Assembly (NCBI RefSeq): GCF_009914755.1
Contig: NC_060925.1
Direction: 5' to 3' (one strand)
From: the human T2T-CHM13v2.0 reference genome, Homo sapiens
DNA length: 64,000 bases
Below the pieces are notes generated by a model. That model was not told where the DNA came from, searched no databases, and saw only the letters and a list, made by a program, of their open reading frames with translations. Below, piece after piece: positions 32,206 to 48,125 of this stretch (positions within the stretch are counted from its first letter, which is position 1; each line of letters opens with the position of its first letter). A program made the translations under genes and the position numbers.

Positions 32206-33106
32206 CTTTGTGGTTTTATCTACTTTTGGTCTTTGATGATGGTGATGTACAGATGGGTTTTCGGTGTGGATGTCCTTTCTGTTTGTTAGTTTTCCTTCTA
32301 ACAGACAGGACCCTCAGCTGCAGGTCTGTTGGAATACCCTGCCCTGTGAGGTGTCAGTGTGCCCCTGCTGGGGGGTGCCTCCCAGTTAGGCTGCTCGGGG
32401 GTCAGGGGTCAGGGACCCACTTGAGGAGGCAGTCTGCCCGTTCTCAGATCTCCAGCTGTGTGCTGGGAGAACCACTGCTCTCTTCAAAGCTGTCAGACAG
32501 GGACACTTAAGTCTGCAGAGGTTACTGCTGTCTTTTTGTTTGTCTGTGCCCTGCCCCCAGAGGTGGAGCCTACAGAGGCAGGCAGGCCTCCTTGAGCTGT
32601 GGTGGGCTCCACCCAGTTCGAGCTTCCTGGCTGCTTTGTTTACCTAAGCAAGCCTGGGCAATGGCGGGCGCCCCTCCCCCAGCCTCGTTGCCGCCTTGCA
32701 GTTTGATCTCAGACTGCTGTGCTAGCAATCAGCGAGACTCCGTGGGCGTAGGACCCTCCGAGCCAGGTGTGGGATATAGTCTCGTGGTGCCCCGTTTCTT
32801 AAGCTGGTCTGAAAAGCGCAATATTCGGGTGGGAGTGACCCGATTTTCCAGGTGCGTCCGTCACCCCTTTCTTTGACTCGGAAAGGGAACTCCCTGACCC
32901 CTTGCGCTTCCCAGGTGAGGCAATGCCTCGCCCTGCTTCGGCTCGCGCACGGTGCGCACACACACTGGCCTGCGCCCACTGTCTGGCACTCCCTAGTGAG
33001 ATGAACCCGGTACCTCAGATGGAAATGCAGAAATCACCCGTCTTCTGCGTCGCTCACGCTGGGAGCTGTAGACCGGAGCTGTTCCTATTCGGCCATCTTG
33101 GCTCCT
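32206..33106 (-). promoter_or_regulatory. L1HS 5'UTR internal sense promoter and antisense promoter (CpG-rich), YY1 site intact
   Basis: CpG-dense 5'UTR. YY1 motif CAAGATGGCCG at about 33090-33100 (minus strand). Confidence 0.85.
32661..32876 (+). CDS. L1 antisense ORF0, 71 aa
   Basis: ATG at 32661 gives MAGAPPPASLPPCSLISDCC...SRCVRHPFL*, matching primate L1 ORF0 in position and length. Confidence 0.85.
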   Translation: MAGAPPPASLPPCSLISDCCASNQRDSVGVGPSEPGVGYSLVVPRFLSWSEKRNIRVGVTRFSRCVRHPFL

Positions 33107-33285
33107 AGTATTTTTAATTAAGGTATGTACATTGCTTTCTTGGACATATTGCTATTGCACATCTAATTGATGACAATATAGTGTAAACATAACTTTTGTG
33201 TGCACTGGGAAACCAAAAAATGTTTGTGACTTACTTTATTGTGGTGGTATGAAACCAAAACCACAATATTTCCAAGGCATGCCAG
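33107..33285 (+). mobile_element. Tigger1 3' end, resuming after the two L1 insertions
   Basis: agtatttttaattaaggtatgtac...aaggcatgccag followed by TA continues the sequence broken at gcaataaag (about 26696). Confidence 0.9.
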
Positions 33286-36200
33286 TACAACTTTAAAAAG
33301 TTAGCAAAATATCCTACCTTTTTTTATGGACATCATAAATCAGAGTAATATTTTGTTGACCTGTTGAAAGAAGCCTCTCATCTGGCCTTCCATAATTATT
33401 CTGTCTCTAGTTTTGTTTTCTTCTTTATTTGGCTAACTATATAATTAGGACAGCATTCTCTGGAATTGCCAATCTTAGTTTGATTATGTGACCTTTGAAC
33501 CATGTTTACTGGGTTTTGGAGAAGACTGTCATCTGTACTTAGAGATTTGAACCTCATCTCTAAATGAAAGTTACATGCAATTAATTTTCAATAGAATGAA
33601 TCTGCAGCTAGGATGAAAGCCAGTTCCTTTGCTTGTTTTCAGAATGAATGTCTTTCTGAATCTGATACTAGAGAAATTTAATCAGAGAAACTTCAAGATG
33701 TTCAATCTCATTTATTGTCTCCCAATTCATTTAGTGAACAAGATATTGATATTAGTAGACACTTCAATAAAATTCAGTTGTGTTTATGTCTGTTTTAACA
33801 TTAATGGTGCTACTTAATTTTGTATAATATGTATTTACTTATTTAAAATGATCTGAATTTCAACATGTAGGCAATGTTGGGACTCCTAATTGTAAATTAG
33901 GCAAATGCGTTTGTAATAATGGGCATTTATTACTTTTAATGATAAAATCTACTGTAAATATTTACTGAGCAACTACTATGCACAAGACAGTGGGTTTCAG
34001 TGAGAGGACTGACACATGGTTAAATGGAGTTAACTGAGTACTTGCCCTTTGACCCATTAGATTTTACAGGGATATTAGCAGTGAAAGATGAATTGTATGC
34101 TCATCAGCATGCCCTAAATGGTAGAAAATGTCTATTTGTTAGATAGAGATGAGGGAGAGAAATGACTACATCCTTGCACTGAAGTGTTGTTTGATGACTT
34201 ACCCTCATTTCCTATAGTAGGAATGGGAGTGTTGATATAGTTCAGTTTACTCTTGAAGTTCTAGGTACACAGATATTATTTCCTGAGAATGTGCTGCTAT
34301 GTAAGAGAGGCAAGGCTGTTAGTGGAAAGAGTCAGACAGAGCTGATTTCAAGTTGTGACCCATGGTCACTTACACCCTCAACCTCAGTTTCCCAGCCCAG
34401 GGTATAAAGTGCATGCATTTCATGGAATGATAGCTCCAGCCCTTCCTTCCATAAGACACACTTCTCAGATAGGGAGGGCCGGGGGAGGGCAGCAGTGGGG
34501 AAGGAGATCTTGGGAGAGGAGGAGTCTGAGAGGCCTTGCTTGGGTCAGTTGCCCTCCCTTGCTGAAAGTGGGAGAGGATCCCGTGATTGACAGTTCCAAC
34601 ATGGCAAGCAATAGCAGAGGGAGAGGGAGGCGCTAAAGAGAGGAAGAAGGGATATCAGGGCAGCAGAGGACCAATGCTTGTGAGCATAAATGTGCTTCTC
34701 AAACTGATGAAGGAGCAATTACTCTTGTCCCCCATATCCTTTGCATATTAATACTTTTAAAAGATATATAAAATACAAATCTATTTTAAATTGTTAATTA
34801 CATATCCAATTGCTGTAAAACTCTCTCGAAGTTTGCTCTCCTTCTCTGTGCTGATCTTGTCACAGATGACACTCGCAGAGGTTTCACTAGGCTCCTCTCT
34901 CACTTGCTGAGAAAAATCCCTCCACATGCACCTCTAGGATCCTTCTACTTCTTACCTTACAGTCTGTTCTCAGTCCTCTTTTCATTTGGTGTCACCGTCA
35001 CCATGCTGTGCAAACTTCAAGGTCCTCCTTTAAAAAATTCAATCACACCTTATCAGGAGATCTCATCCTCAAGTTCTTGCAAAGCATTTCCCATTCCTTC
35101 ATGACCCTCTGAACTCAGCCACATCCTTCACAATGCCACAGTTCCCCTGTTCTTCTGCAAAGCCTGGCACTTCTTTTTCTTTCTCTAGGTTAACCTTCTA
35201 ATGGAGGTACTTTCCTAAGATTCTGGCCTAGCTGTCAGGCTCAGTACACTTCAAAAAGGTGAACTTCAGTGTCTGAAGTGGAGTTAGGGGATTTTCATGA
35301 AGATTGCATTTTCTTCCTGTATGAGAATGGGCTAATTGTAAGATCACTGTATGTGTATATTTCGAATAGTGTCTGGGAGAAGGTAGCAAATGGAATACTT
35401 GTTGAACATAGACCATACTAGCCAATTTGCTAAGAGAAGAAAGGCAATCATCACTTACATGCAAAATGAAGAGATGAGCAACTTCTTTATTTTTATTCTT
35501 CTCACTCTATCTCCCTTCCTTGCAACTGGAGCTTAGGCAGGCAGGAGGTGAGGAGCTGTAGAATGAAGAAGTCAATAGATACATTTCTTTTCCAGTGACG
35601 GGTACCTTAACTTCTCTGACCCTCTCCGTCCTCTTCAGGTACATGAGGTTAGGCACCATGATCTGGGAAGTCACTTCCAACTCAAAAATTCTGTAATTTT
35701 TTTTCCATTGCCTCTAATCGTGTTGTGTAACCTATTGATGTTCTTTTTCCCAGGGTCTTGGTTATTTGTTAATCCCATATTTTTGTTTGTTTGTTTGTTC
35801 TTTTCTAGCACTTGTGTTCTGATTAGTGGCCAAATAAATGACAGTCAGAACTTCAGCTAAGGTACAATAAGGTAAGATCCTTTTTCTAGTTGAGCTATTT
35901 CCTTGAAAAGGGGGATTGATGGCCCAATCTGTGAGAACAGATTAACAAGGAATAAGAATGTATAAGTTGGTGTTTTCAACATGATGTACAATTGTTACCA
36001 TTAGTCATGCTCAATTTTTTGTGTCTTAATAAAGCTAAGTGTGTTCATTTTCTCATCAGTTTAAAAATAGAAATAAAGGGATGTTGATTGAGATTTGAAA
36101 TAAGTTAACTTTATTTCAAATGCACATTTGTATTTAACTGTAGCAATGTGGAATTTTTTGAAATATTGCAAAATGTTTGAATTATTAGTACATATATAGG

Positions 36201-36403
36201 ATCTTATAGCTTGTCTAATTCTTAGAAGCTTAAGAATTATCCCTGGATTTAGATTGCCCTTCTTCAGAATGCTGTACAAAATATGATTGTGAACATAAAC
36301 AGAAACATTGTGGAAAAGCTCAATCTTTCTTAGATGTTATCCTTAATAATGTTTTATCTATCCAGCAAACACTGCTAACATCTTACCCTAAATCCAATCC
36401 CCC

Positions 36404-37077
<674 letters not shown>

Positions 37078-37509
37078 CTACCCTCTTCGTTCCTAACAAA
37101 ATCTTGCTGTTGTAAGGACAGCAAAGTGCCCAGCTAAAAAATATTCTCATCTTCCCAGACTCTTTTTTCTGTGGCCATGTGACCCAGCTACAGCCAATGA
37201 GCTCTCAGTCATGGTCCCTGGGGAGAGACTTTCAAGAGGAGATTCCTCTTAGAATGTTTTTCTTTGTTCTTATCCCATCATTCTATCAGGAAGTCACACC
37301 CCTCCCCCACCCACCCCTTCTTGCAATCACAGCAACAAAAGCCGAACTGGGGATACTGGAGCAGGAAGATAAAATGAGCTTGAGCTCTGGCAAGCCCATC
37401 ATCAGATTTCTTGTTGCATGAGACACATACAGTCCCTAATTTAGAAGAGCTTATTAGGTTTTCTGACACTCAGAGCCAAATGTAGACTTAGCTGATTCAG
37501 TAACATTCA

Positions 37510-37720
37510 TATCTGGATATCATGCTGGACACATTACCCTATCTTACTTAAACACTGCAGCAGTGCTATTAAGTCGAGTATTTTTATTTCCATTTTATGT
37601 ATGAGGAAACAGGCTCTGAGATGTTAAGAACTTTGTCCTGTGAACTTTGTCCTATGGTAGTAAGTGGCACAGGTGAGATTCGAACTTGGACCTGTCAGAT
37701 GCTGATCCCTGTACACAGCT
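37510..37720 (-). mobile_element. MIR remnant
   Basis: cattttatgtatgaggaaacaggctctgag...gtagtaagtggcac...gattcgaac. Confidence 0.65.
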
Positions 37721-37904
37721 GCCTCGATGCTGGTCCTGACAGCCTGGTTCCAGGAGCCTGTGCTATTGCTGATTACATTTTATAGTTAGTCAGGGGACAT
37801 TGTCAGCTCAGTAACCCTTTGAATACAATACTCTTCAATAGCACAGACTTTCTATTATATTTTGCATTTGTAAAACTAAGTGAACTGAGTCTATTCCTGT
37901 ATAA

Positions 37905-38050
37905 CAGAAACGAGAGAGAGAGAGAAAGGAATAAAGATAGAGAGCAAAAGCAAGAACAAACGAAAGAAAGAAAGAAAGAAAGAAAGAAAGGAAAGAAAGA
38001 AGAAAAGAAAAGAGAAAAAAAAGAACAGAAAAGAAAAAGAGAAAAACAGA
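37905..38050 (+). repeat. (GAAA)n purine-rich repeat
   Basis: Read directly from the sequence. Confidence 0.9.
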
Positions 38051-38659
38051 TCTGATTTGGGAAAATCAGTTTATATTGGAATTGCCTATGAAAGCTGGTA
38101 AAGGAAATATTAATTCTGAGCATCTTCTTTTCTTTTTTTTTTTGAAATAAAAGTTTAGAACTAATGGTCAAAATATGGTCACCAAAACTCAGCTTTTACC
38201 CAACAATCATAGAATTAAGTATTCTCCGCCTAACAATCTTCATTAATTCACTCTTGTTGACTTGGTTCAGAAAAAAAAATACAGGTTAAAAACTAAGTCA
38301 TATAATGAAATTTCTTTCCGAAGAAAGTTATACAAGGCATTGAGTAAGGCACGGAGCTGACTTGGGGGATGGGGGAGCTGGATAATGGAAAAATCTTTTG
38401 GCTGGAAAATAAGAGACTGGAAATGCAGGGGATAGCCTAGCAATTTTTGGCATTATAAAAAGCCATTTCACCTCTCTGGACCTTTGCTGCTTATTTGTAA
38501 ATTGAAGGTATAAGTTATTCTGATATGCTGTTAGTACAAAATAATAGCTTACCTCCTTGGGTCTCCATTGCTAATGCAGGGAAATACTCTGATATCTATT
38601 CAAAGCTACAGTTTTTATTTCTGGCCATTGAACCTAAGAGTGACCAGTTATTTTCCTTT

Positions 38660-39440
38660 TCCTTCTATTTCTTCCAAATACATCCTGAATCCCTTGTCTC
38701 TTTTGTTATGACTCTACTCCAAGTCATCATCTTGTCTTGCCTGGACAATGGCATTAGCTTCATGTTAGTCAACATGGCTTTCATTCTTACCATACAAAAT
38801 TACATTCTGTCACAGCCAGCGTCTGCTTTGGGAAACCTCCATCAGATCTTGTTATTCTCCTATTTGAGACCTTCTCAAAATCCTTCAACTCCCTCCCCTA
38901 CATTTAGAATCAAATCCAAATGCATTAACATGACTTATAAATCTGATATGATCTGGTTTCTACTTGTACTTTTCTCTCTTGCTTCCTACACTCCAAGCCT
39001 CCCTGTCTTTATTTATTGAATATTTCTCTTTGTTCTTTGCCCTCAGGGGCCTGGCACTGATCCCCTGGCTCTTGTTTACTACTTGACCCTTCCAGTCAAA
39101 TCTCAACTGCCAAGACCTCTCCTAACCGCTCTCTAAATAACCACTGTCCTGGACACCCAGGTTTAATTCCCTTTAAAGACTGGAAGTTTTATTTCTTAAG
39201 GCATATGAAAATAACCACTTATGGACAAAATACTTACATATGTAACTTAAGGGACTTAGGTAAGACATGACGAATTCTGTCGCACCTGTTTATATTTTGT
39301 CGTTTATCTCCCATTATAATATCATCTAAGCCCCATGAGGGCAGGGCCTTGTCTGTTTCCTTCACTGCCAAAACCACCATACTTATAATGATGCCTGCCC
39401 CCTGCAAGAGGCTTAGTAAATGTTTGTTGAGTAAATGAAT
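38660..39440. mobile_element. L2 remnant
   Basis: ctccaagtcatcatcttgtcttgcctggac...ccatgagggcagggccttgtctg...gtaaatgtttgttgagtaaatgaat. Confidence 0.6.
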
Positions 39441-40779
39441 ATAGAGTCAGAAAATGCCCTACGTTAAATATCTTAAAAGAAATTAAGCAATTCTTATAGA
39501 TGTCCCCAACGTGTCTTTTGCTTAGATGGGAAGAAAAAGAAAAAGAAAACAGAGAAAAAGATGAAGAAACAATCTAGGAAGAAGAACAGAAGGACAGACA
39601 GTGGTATAAATAGAAAATAGTGGTAAATCCTTGGGTGGGACTGTTTCAGGGATCTTTACTCAGTGGCATTTCTGATCTATAATGTTGGGCGACAGGGCTC
39701 CGTTCTTTGGATCTTACATAGATTTATTGGCTAAACCTGGCGCATGCACAATGAGAAATGTTTGTTGAATGAAGGCCCGAAAGAATGAAATAATAAATTA
39801 TTGAACTGCAAAGAGCAAAATTTTCCCTGTTTTTATGGGCATGATAATATTCCCTTGATGCCAGTATTTAATCCATGTTAGTAACAAACATTCCAGATAA
39901 CAATGACTGTGAAAAATATCCCGTGAAACAAAAGTCAGTCACTGTGCCAGGCATTTCCCTTAGCACATTTCAGAGTTTATTCTGTCTTCAAGGGAATTGT
40001 CACAGTGACTATCCAGAATGGCACAGGGTGTTAATGTATTAAAAATACTGACAGGAAAATGAAAACTAGAAAAACGTCTTATCTGTCAATTAAATGATAT
40101 AGCCTCGTGGTTACATTACAGCAATTCTGGGGCTTTATCTTTGCTGCCGATTGAGATTTGACAGCTGTTTGTAAAATATTTACATTCTGATTTCTGTCAC
40201 ATTGACAGCACTTTTGGGTCTTTGGAAGATGATAATTATATGTTTGGAAAATGTTAAAAAAATGGAAGCTGATCTGTTGAGGAGAAAAATCTGTTTTTAA
40301 AATTGTGCAAAGGAAGGGCACCCACTTTATTAATGAATGTGCGTCTAATAAAAGTCAGAAGCAGTAGATTCTTGTGATCCAAAAACATGCTACATGTAAT
40401 GTGCAGTAGTATCCCTCCCAACCCTGCCTGCTTTGGGTACCTCAGCTTTTCTTCATCAGCTGTGTGTGTGGCTGGCCACATACTTGTTATGCTTTTCCAC
40501 TTTATTATGCACATAAAATGGCAATATTTGGATGGCACATTGGATAGGATTTTGGAGTATCTATATGAAATTTTGTGAAAGAAGTTCAGTTTGTATCCTC
40601 GGTATTAAAGGAAGAGAAAATAAAAAGTATTGGGAGGAATAGTAAGTATTGAATTTATATAGAACTTCCAAATAAAGTCTTTTCAAAGATTTTAATGAGA
40701 AGTATACATTTATATATAAATTTATATTATCAGGTATACAGAAATGATGACCTGTAATTCTTGATCAATGGTCTTATCA

Positions 40780-41091
40780 AAGTCTTTTGTTTGGTTTTGT
40801 AAATTTATTTTCTGCTCTAACATGTTACTACATCACTAAATATTCTTTTTAAACACCATTATGTTTATATGCGTAGAAAATGTGCATAATATTCTATAGC
40901 ATACATAAATATTCCTGATCATTTCCAGTATTTCACGTTAAAAATTTTAATATTGATGAAGATCATTGTTAATAACTTTCTACACATATCACTGAATATC
41001 TTCCTTAGAATATAGTCCCAGAAATGAAATTCCTTGATCAAATGGTACACAAATTTTTAAGGCTTTTGATATTTACTGTATGGTTTTCCTT
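40780..41091 (-). mobile_element. Old L1ME-type remnant (target of the L1PA3 insertion)
   Basis: ttccttagaatatagtcccagaaatgaaatt...gatcaaatggta...ttttaaggcttttgatat. Confidence 0.55.
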
Positions 41092-41102
41092 TCATCAAAG
41101 TC

Positions 41103-41336
41103 TTTTTTTTTTTTTTTTTTTTTTGGTGAAATGTTCTTTTATTACTTGCTAACAGCATTTGTTATTACCAAGAGTAGTGAGTCTGAAAGCCTTTGCTCTT
41201 CACTCGTCCCAAGGTCAACCCCACACAACACCGTGGGGTTGCCAAATCCCATCATAGCAGCACCTGACTGCTCCTGTGAGCTTCACATTTTTCTTTTTTT
41301 TTTTTTTTGAGAATTTGTATTTCTTTGTGAATTTTC
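41103..41336 (-). other. L1 3' transduced sequence with its own AATAAA and poly(A)
   Basis: Non-L1 sequence lies between the L1 tail and the left TSD. AATAAA (tttatt 41138-41143) sits about 13 nt before a 22-nt poly(A) (41103-41124). Confidence 0.88.
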
Positions 41337-41562
41337 TTTTTTTTAATTTAATTTTATTATTATTATACTTTAAGTTTTAGGGTACATGTGCACAATGTGG
41401 TTAGTTACATATGTATACATGTGCCATGCTGGTGTGCTGCACCCATTAACTCGTCATTTAGCATTAGGTATATCTCCTATGCTATCCCTCCCCCCTCCCC
41501 CCACCCCACAACAGTCCCCAGAGTGTGATGTTCCCCTTCCTGTGTCCACGTGTTCTCATTGT

Positions 41563-45389
<3,827 letters not shown>

Positions 45390-45396
45390 TATGATG

Positions 45397-46184
45397 TTAG
45401 CTGGTGATTTTGCTCATTTCTGCCGAGAGATCCGCTGTTAGTCTGATGGGCTTTCCTTTGTGGGTAACCCGACCTTTCTCTCTGGCTGCCCTTAACATTT
45501 TTTCCTTCATTTCAACTTTGGTGAATCTGACAATTATGTGTCTTGGAGTTGCTCTTTTCGAGGAGTATCTTTGTGGCATTCTCTGTATTTCCTGAATTTG
45601 AATGTTGGCCTGCCTTGCTAGATTGGGGAAGTTCTCCTGGATAATATCCGGCAGAGTGTTTTCCAACTTGGTTCCATTCTCCCCGTCACTTTCAGGTACA
45701 CCAATCAGATGTAGATTTGGTCTTTTGACATAGTCCCATATTTCTTGGAGGCTTTGTTCGTTTCTTTATATTCTTTTTTATCTAAACTTCCCTTCTCACT
45801 TCATTTCATTCATTTCATCTTCCATCACTGATACCTCTTCTTCCAGTTGATCGCATCGGCTCCTGAGGCTTCTGCATTCTTCACATAGTTCTCGAGCCTT
45901 GGCTTTCAGCTCCATGAGCTCCTTTAAGCACTTCTCTGTATTGGTTATTCTAGTTATACATTCTTCTAAATTTTTTTCAAAGTTTTTAACTTCTTTGCCT
46001 TTGGTTTGAATTTCCTCCTGTAGCTCGGAGTACTTTGATCATCTGAAGCCTTCTTCTCTCAACTCGTCAAAGTCATTCTCCATCCAGCTTTGTTCCATTG
46101 CTGGTGAGGAGCTGCGTTCCTTTGGAGGAGGAGAGGCACTCTGTTTTTAGAGTTTCCAGTTTTTCTGCTCTGTTTTTTCCCCAT
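45397..46184 (-). pseudogene. Disrupted L1 ORF1 with C-terminal deletion
   Basis: Only an 89-aa piece is open. It ends ...ADLSAE-MSKITS* because of a 284-bp deletion relative to the L1HS copy. Confidence 0.9.
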
Positions 46185-46312
46185 CTTTGTGGTTTTATCT
46201 ACTTTTGGTCTTTGATGATGGTGATGTACAGATGGGTTTTTGGTGTGGATGTCCTTTCTGTTTTTTAGTTTTCTTTCTAACAGACAGGACCCTCAGCTGC
46301 AGGTCTGTTGGA

Positions 46313-46440
46313 GTTTGCTAGAGGTCCACTCCAGACCCTGTTTGCCTGGGTATCAGCAGCAGTGTCTGCAGAACAGTGGATGTTCGTGATCTGCGAATCC
46401 TGCTGTCTGATCGTTCCTCTGGAAGTTTTGTCTCAGAGGA
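46313..46440 (-). promoter_or_regulatory. ~129-bp 5'UTR segment of older L1PA containing the ZNF93 binding site
   Basis: Present here and absent at the homologous point of the L1HS (about 32333), where ...gttgga joins ataccctgcc... directly. Confidence 0.75.
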
Positions 46441-47982
46441 GTACCTGGCAGTGTGAGGTGTCAGTCTGCCCCTACTGGGGGGTGCCTCCCAGTTAGGCTG
46501 CTTGGGGGTCAAGGGTCAGGGACCCACTGGAGGAGGCAGTCTGCCCATTCTCAGATCTCCAGCTGCATGCTGGGAGAACCACTGCTCTCTTCAAAGCTGT
46601 CAGATAGGGACATTTAAGTCTGCAGTGGTTACTGCTATCTTTTTATTTGTCTGTGCCCTGCCCCCAGAGGTGGAGCCTACAGAGGCAGGCAGGCCTCCTT
46701 GAGCTGTGGTGGGCTCCACCCAGTTCGAGCTTCCCGGCTGCTTTGTTTACCTAAGCAAGCCTGGGCAATGGTGGGCGCCCCTCCCCCAGCCGCGCTGCCG
46801 CCTTGCAGTTTGATCTCAGACTGCTGTGCTAGTAATCAGCGAGACTCCGTGGGCGTAGGACCCTCCGAGCCAGGTGCGGGATATAATCTCCTGCTGTGCC
46901 CTTTTTTAAACCCGTCGGAAAAGTGCAGTATTCGGGTGGGAGTGACCCGATTTTCCAGATGCCGTCTGTCACCCCTTTCTTTGACTAGAAAAGGGAACTC
47001 CCTGACTCCTTGCGCTTCCCAAGTGAGGCAATGCCTCAACCTGCTTTGGCTCATGCACGGTGCGCTGCACCCACTGTCCTGCGCCCACTGTCTGGCACTC
47101 CCTAGTGAGATGAACCCGGGACCTCAGGTGGAAATGCAGAAATCACCTGTCTTCTGCGTCGCTCACACTGGGAGCTGTAGACTGGAGCTGTTCCTATTCG
47201 GCCATCTTCTCATCAAAGTGTTGATAGTCACTATCTGTGTGATGCTTTATAAGAACAAGTAGATGATAGAAAATGTAAAAACCTATTTTATAGCCATTCA
47301 GAAGTTTCTTGTAATTGAAATTATGTTTAAAGATTCTAACAGCTATTACTTTCTTTCATTGACAAATGTGATGTTGAAACTTCTTGGGGTAAGGCAAATG
47401 ATTTTGGAACCCATCCTAACCTTTTAGTATCAAGTATCTGAAAAATTCTTAGAAGGCATAAATGTTTTTACAGCCCTCACCCTGCACATAGCTTGAAATC
47501 ACTAAAAGAGCATATCAGCTGCAAATGGACAGAAGCAGATTCAACCCTTGATGCTTTGTAAGAACAAGTCGATAATAGACTAAGTGACTAGGGACAAAAG
47601 TGCAATTGAAGGCCCTAGGTCTACACCCATTTCCCACCCACCCGTCTTCCCACCCCTGGCTCTGTCCTGTTCCCCCAGGGTCCTCAGCCTCAGAGCCTAC
47701 ATGTGGACTCTTAGCCTGAAAGTCCAAACAACTTCTCCCCACGTCGTCATGCCTATCCCTTGATCACAAATGTATTTGAGTTCCAGGTGCACAATGGGAA
47801 TGCATCAGTGAAAGATCATTCTATGCCTTAAATGGGGGTGGACTGTGAGCTTTAGGGCAGAGAATTCCAGGGACTTGGTTATGTGAAACTTGGTCTAGAA
47901 GCAACCAAAATTCTTATCGGCCTGTCCCTTGGAGAGGGTTGTGATGAGAGAGATGAGAAGAAAGCCGGAGTGGACTCTTTGA

Positions 47983-48125
47983 CACTGTGCTTTTCAAACA
48001 CTCATGTGCATACAATCACCATTAAAATACAGATGGTGATTCAGAAGGGCTGAGCTTTTGTATTTCTGACAAGCTTTCAGATGAAGCTGCACGTTGATGA
48101 AGCTGACTGCACTTGAGTAACAAGA
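47983..48125. mobile_element. MER5-family hAT element
   Basis: gtgcttttcaaac...atgtgcatacaatcacc...taaaatacagat...tgattcag...atttctgacaagct. Confidence 0.55.

Noticed and set aside
35459-35555. Minus-strand acceptor/donor pair
   Set aside because: Stops in all three frames, and such pairs arise by chance in 64 kb.
38525-39019. 164-aa hydrophobic ORF
   Set aside because: Overlaps a decayed L2; pyrimidine-biased composition and no domain.
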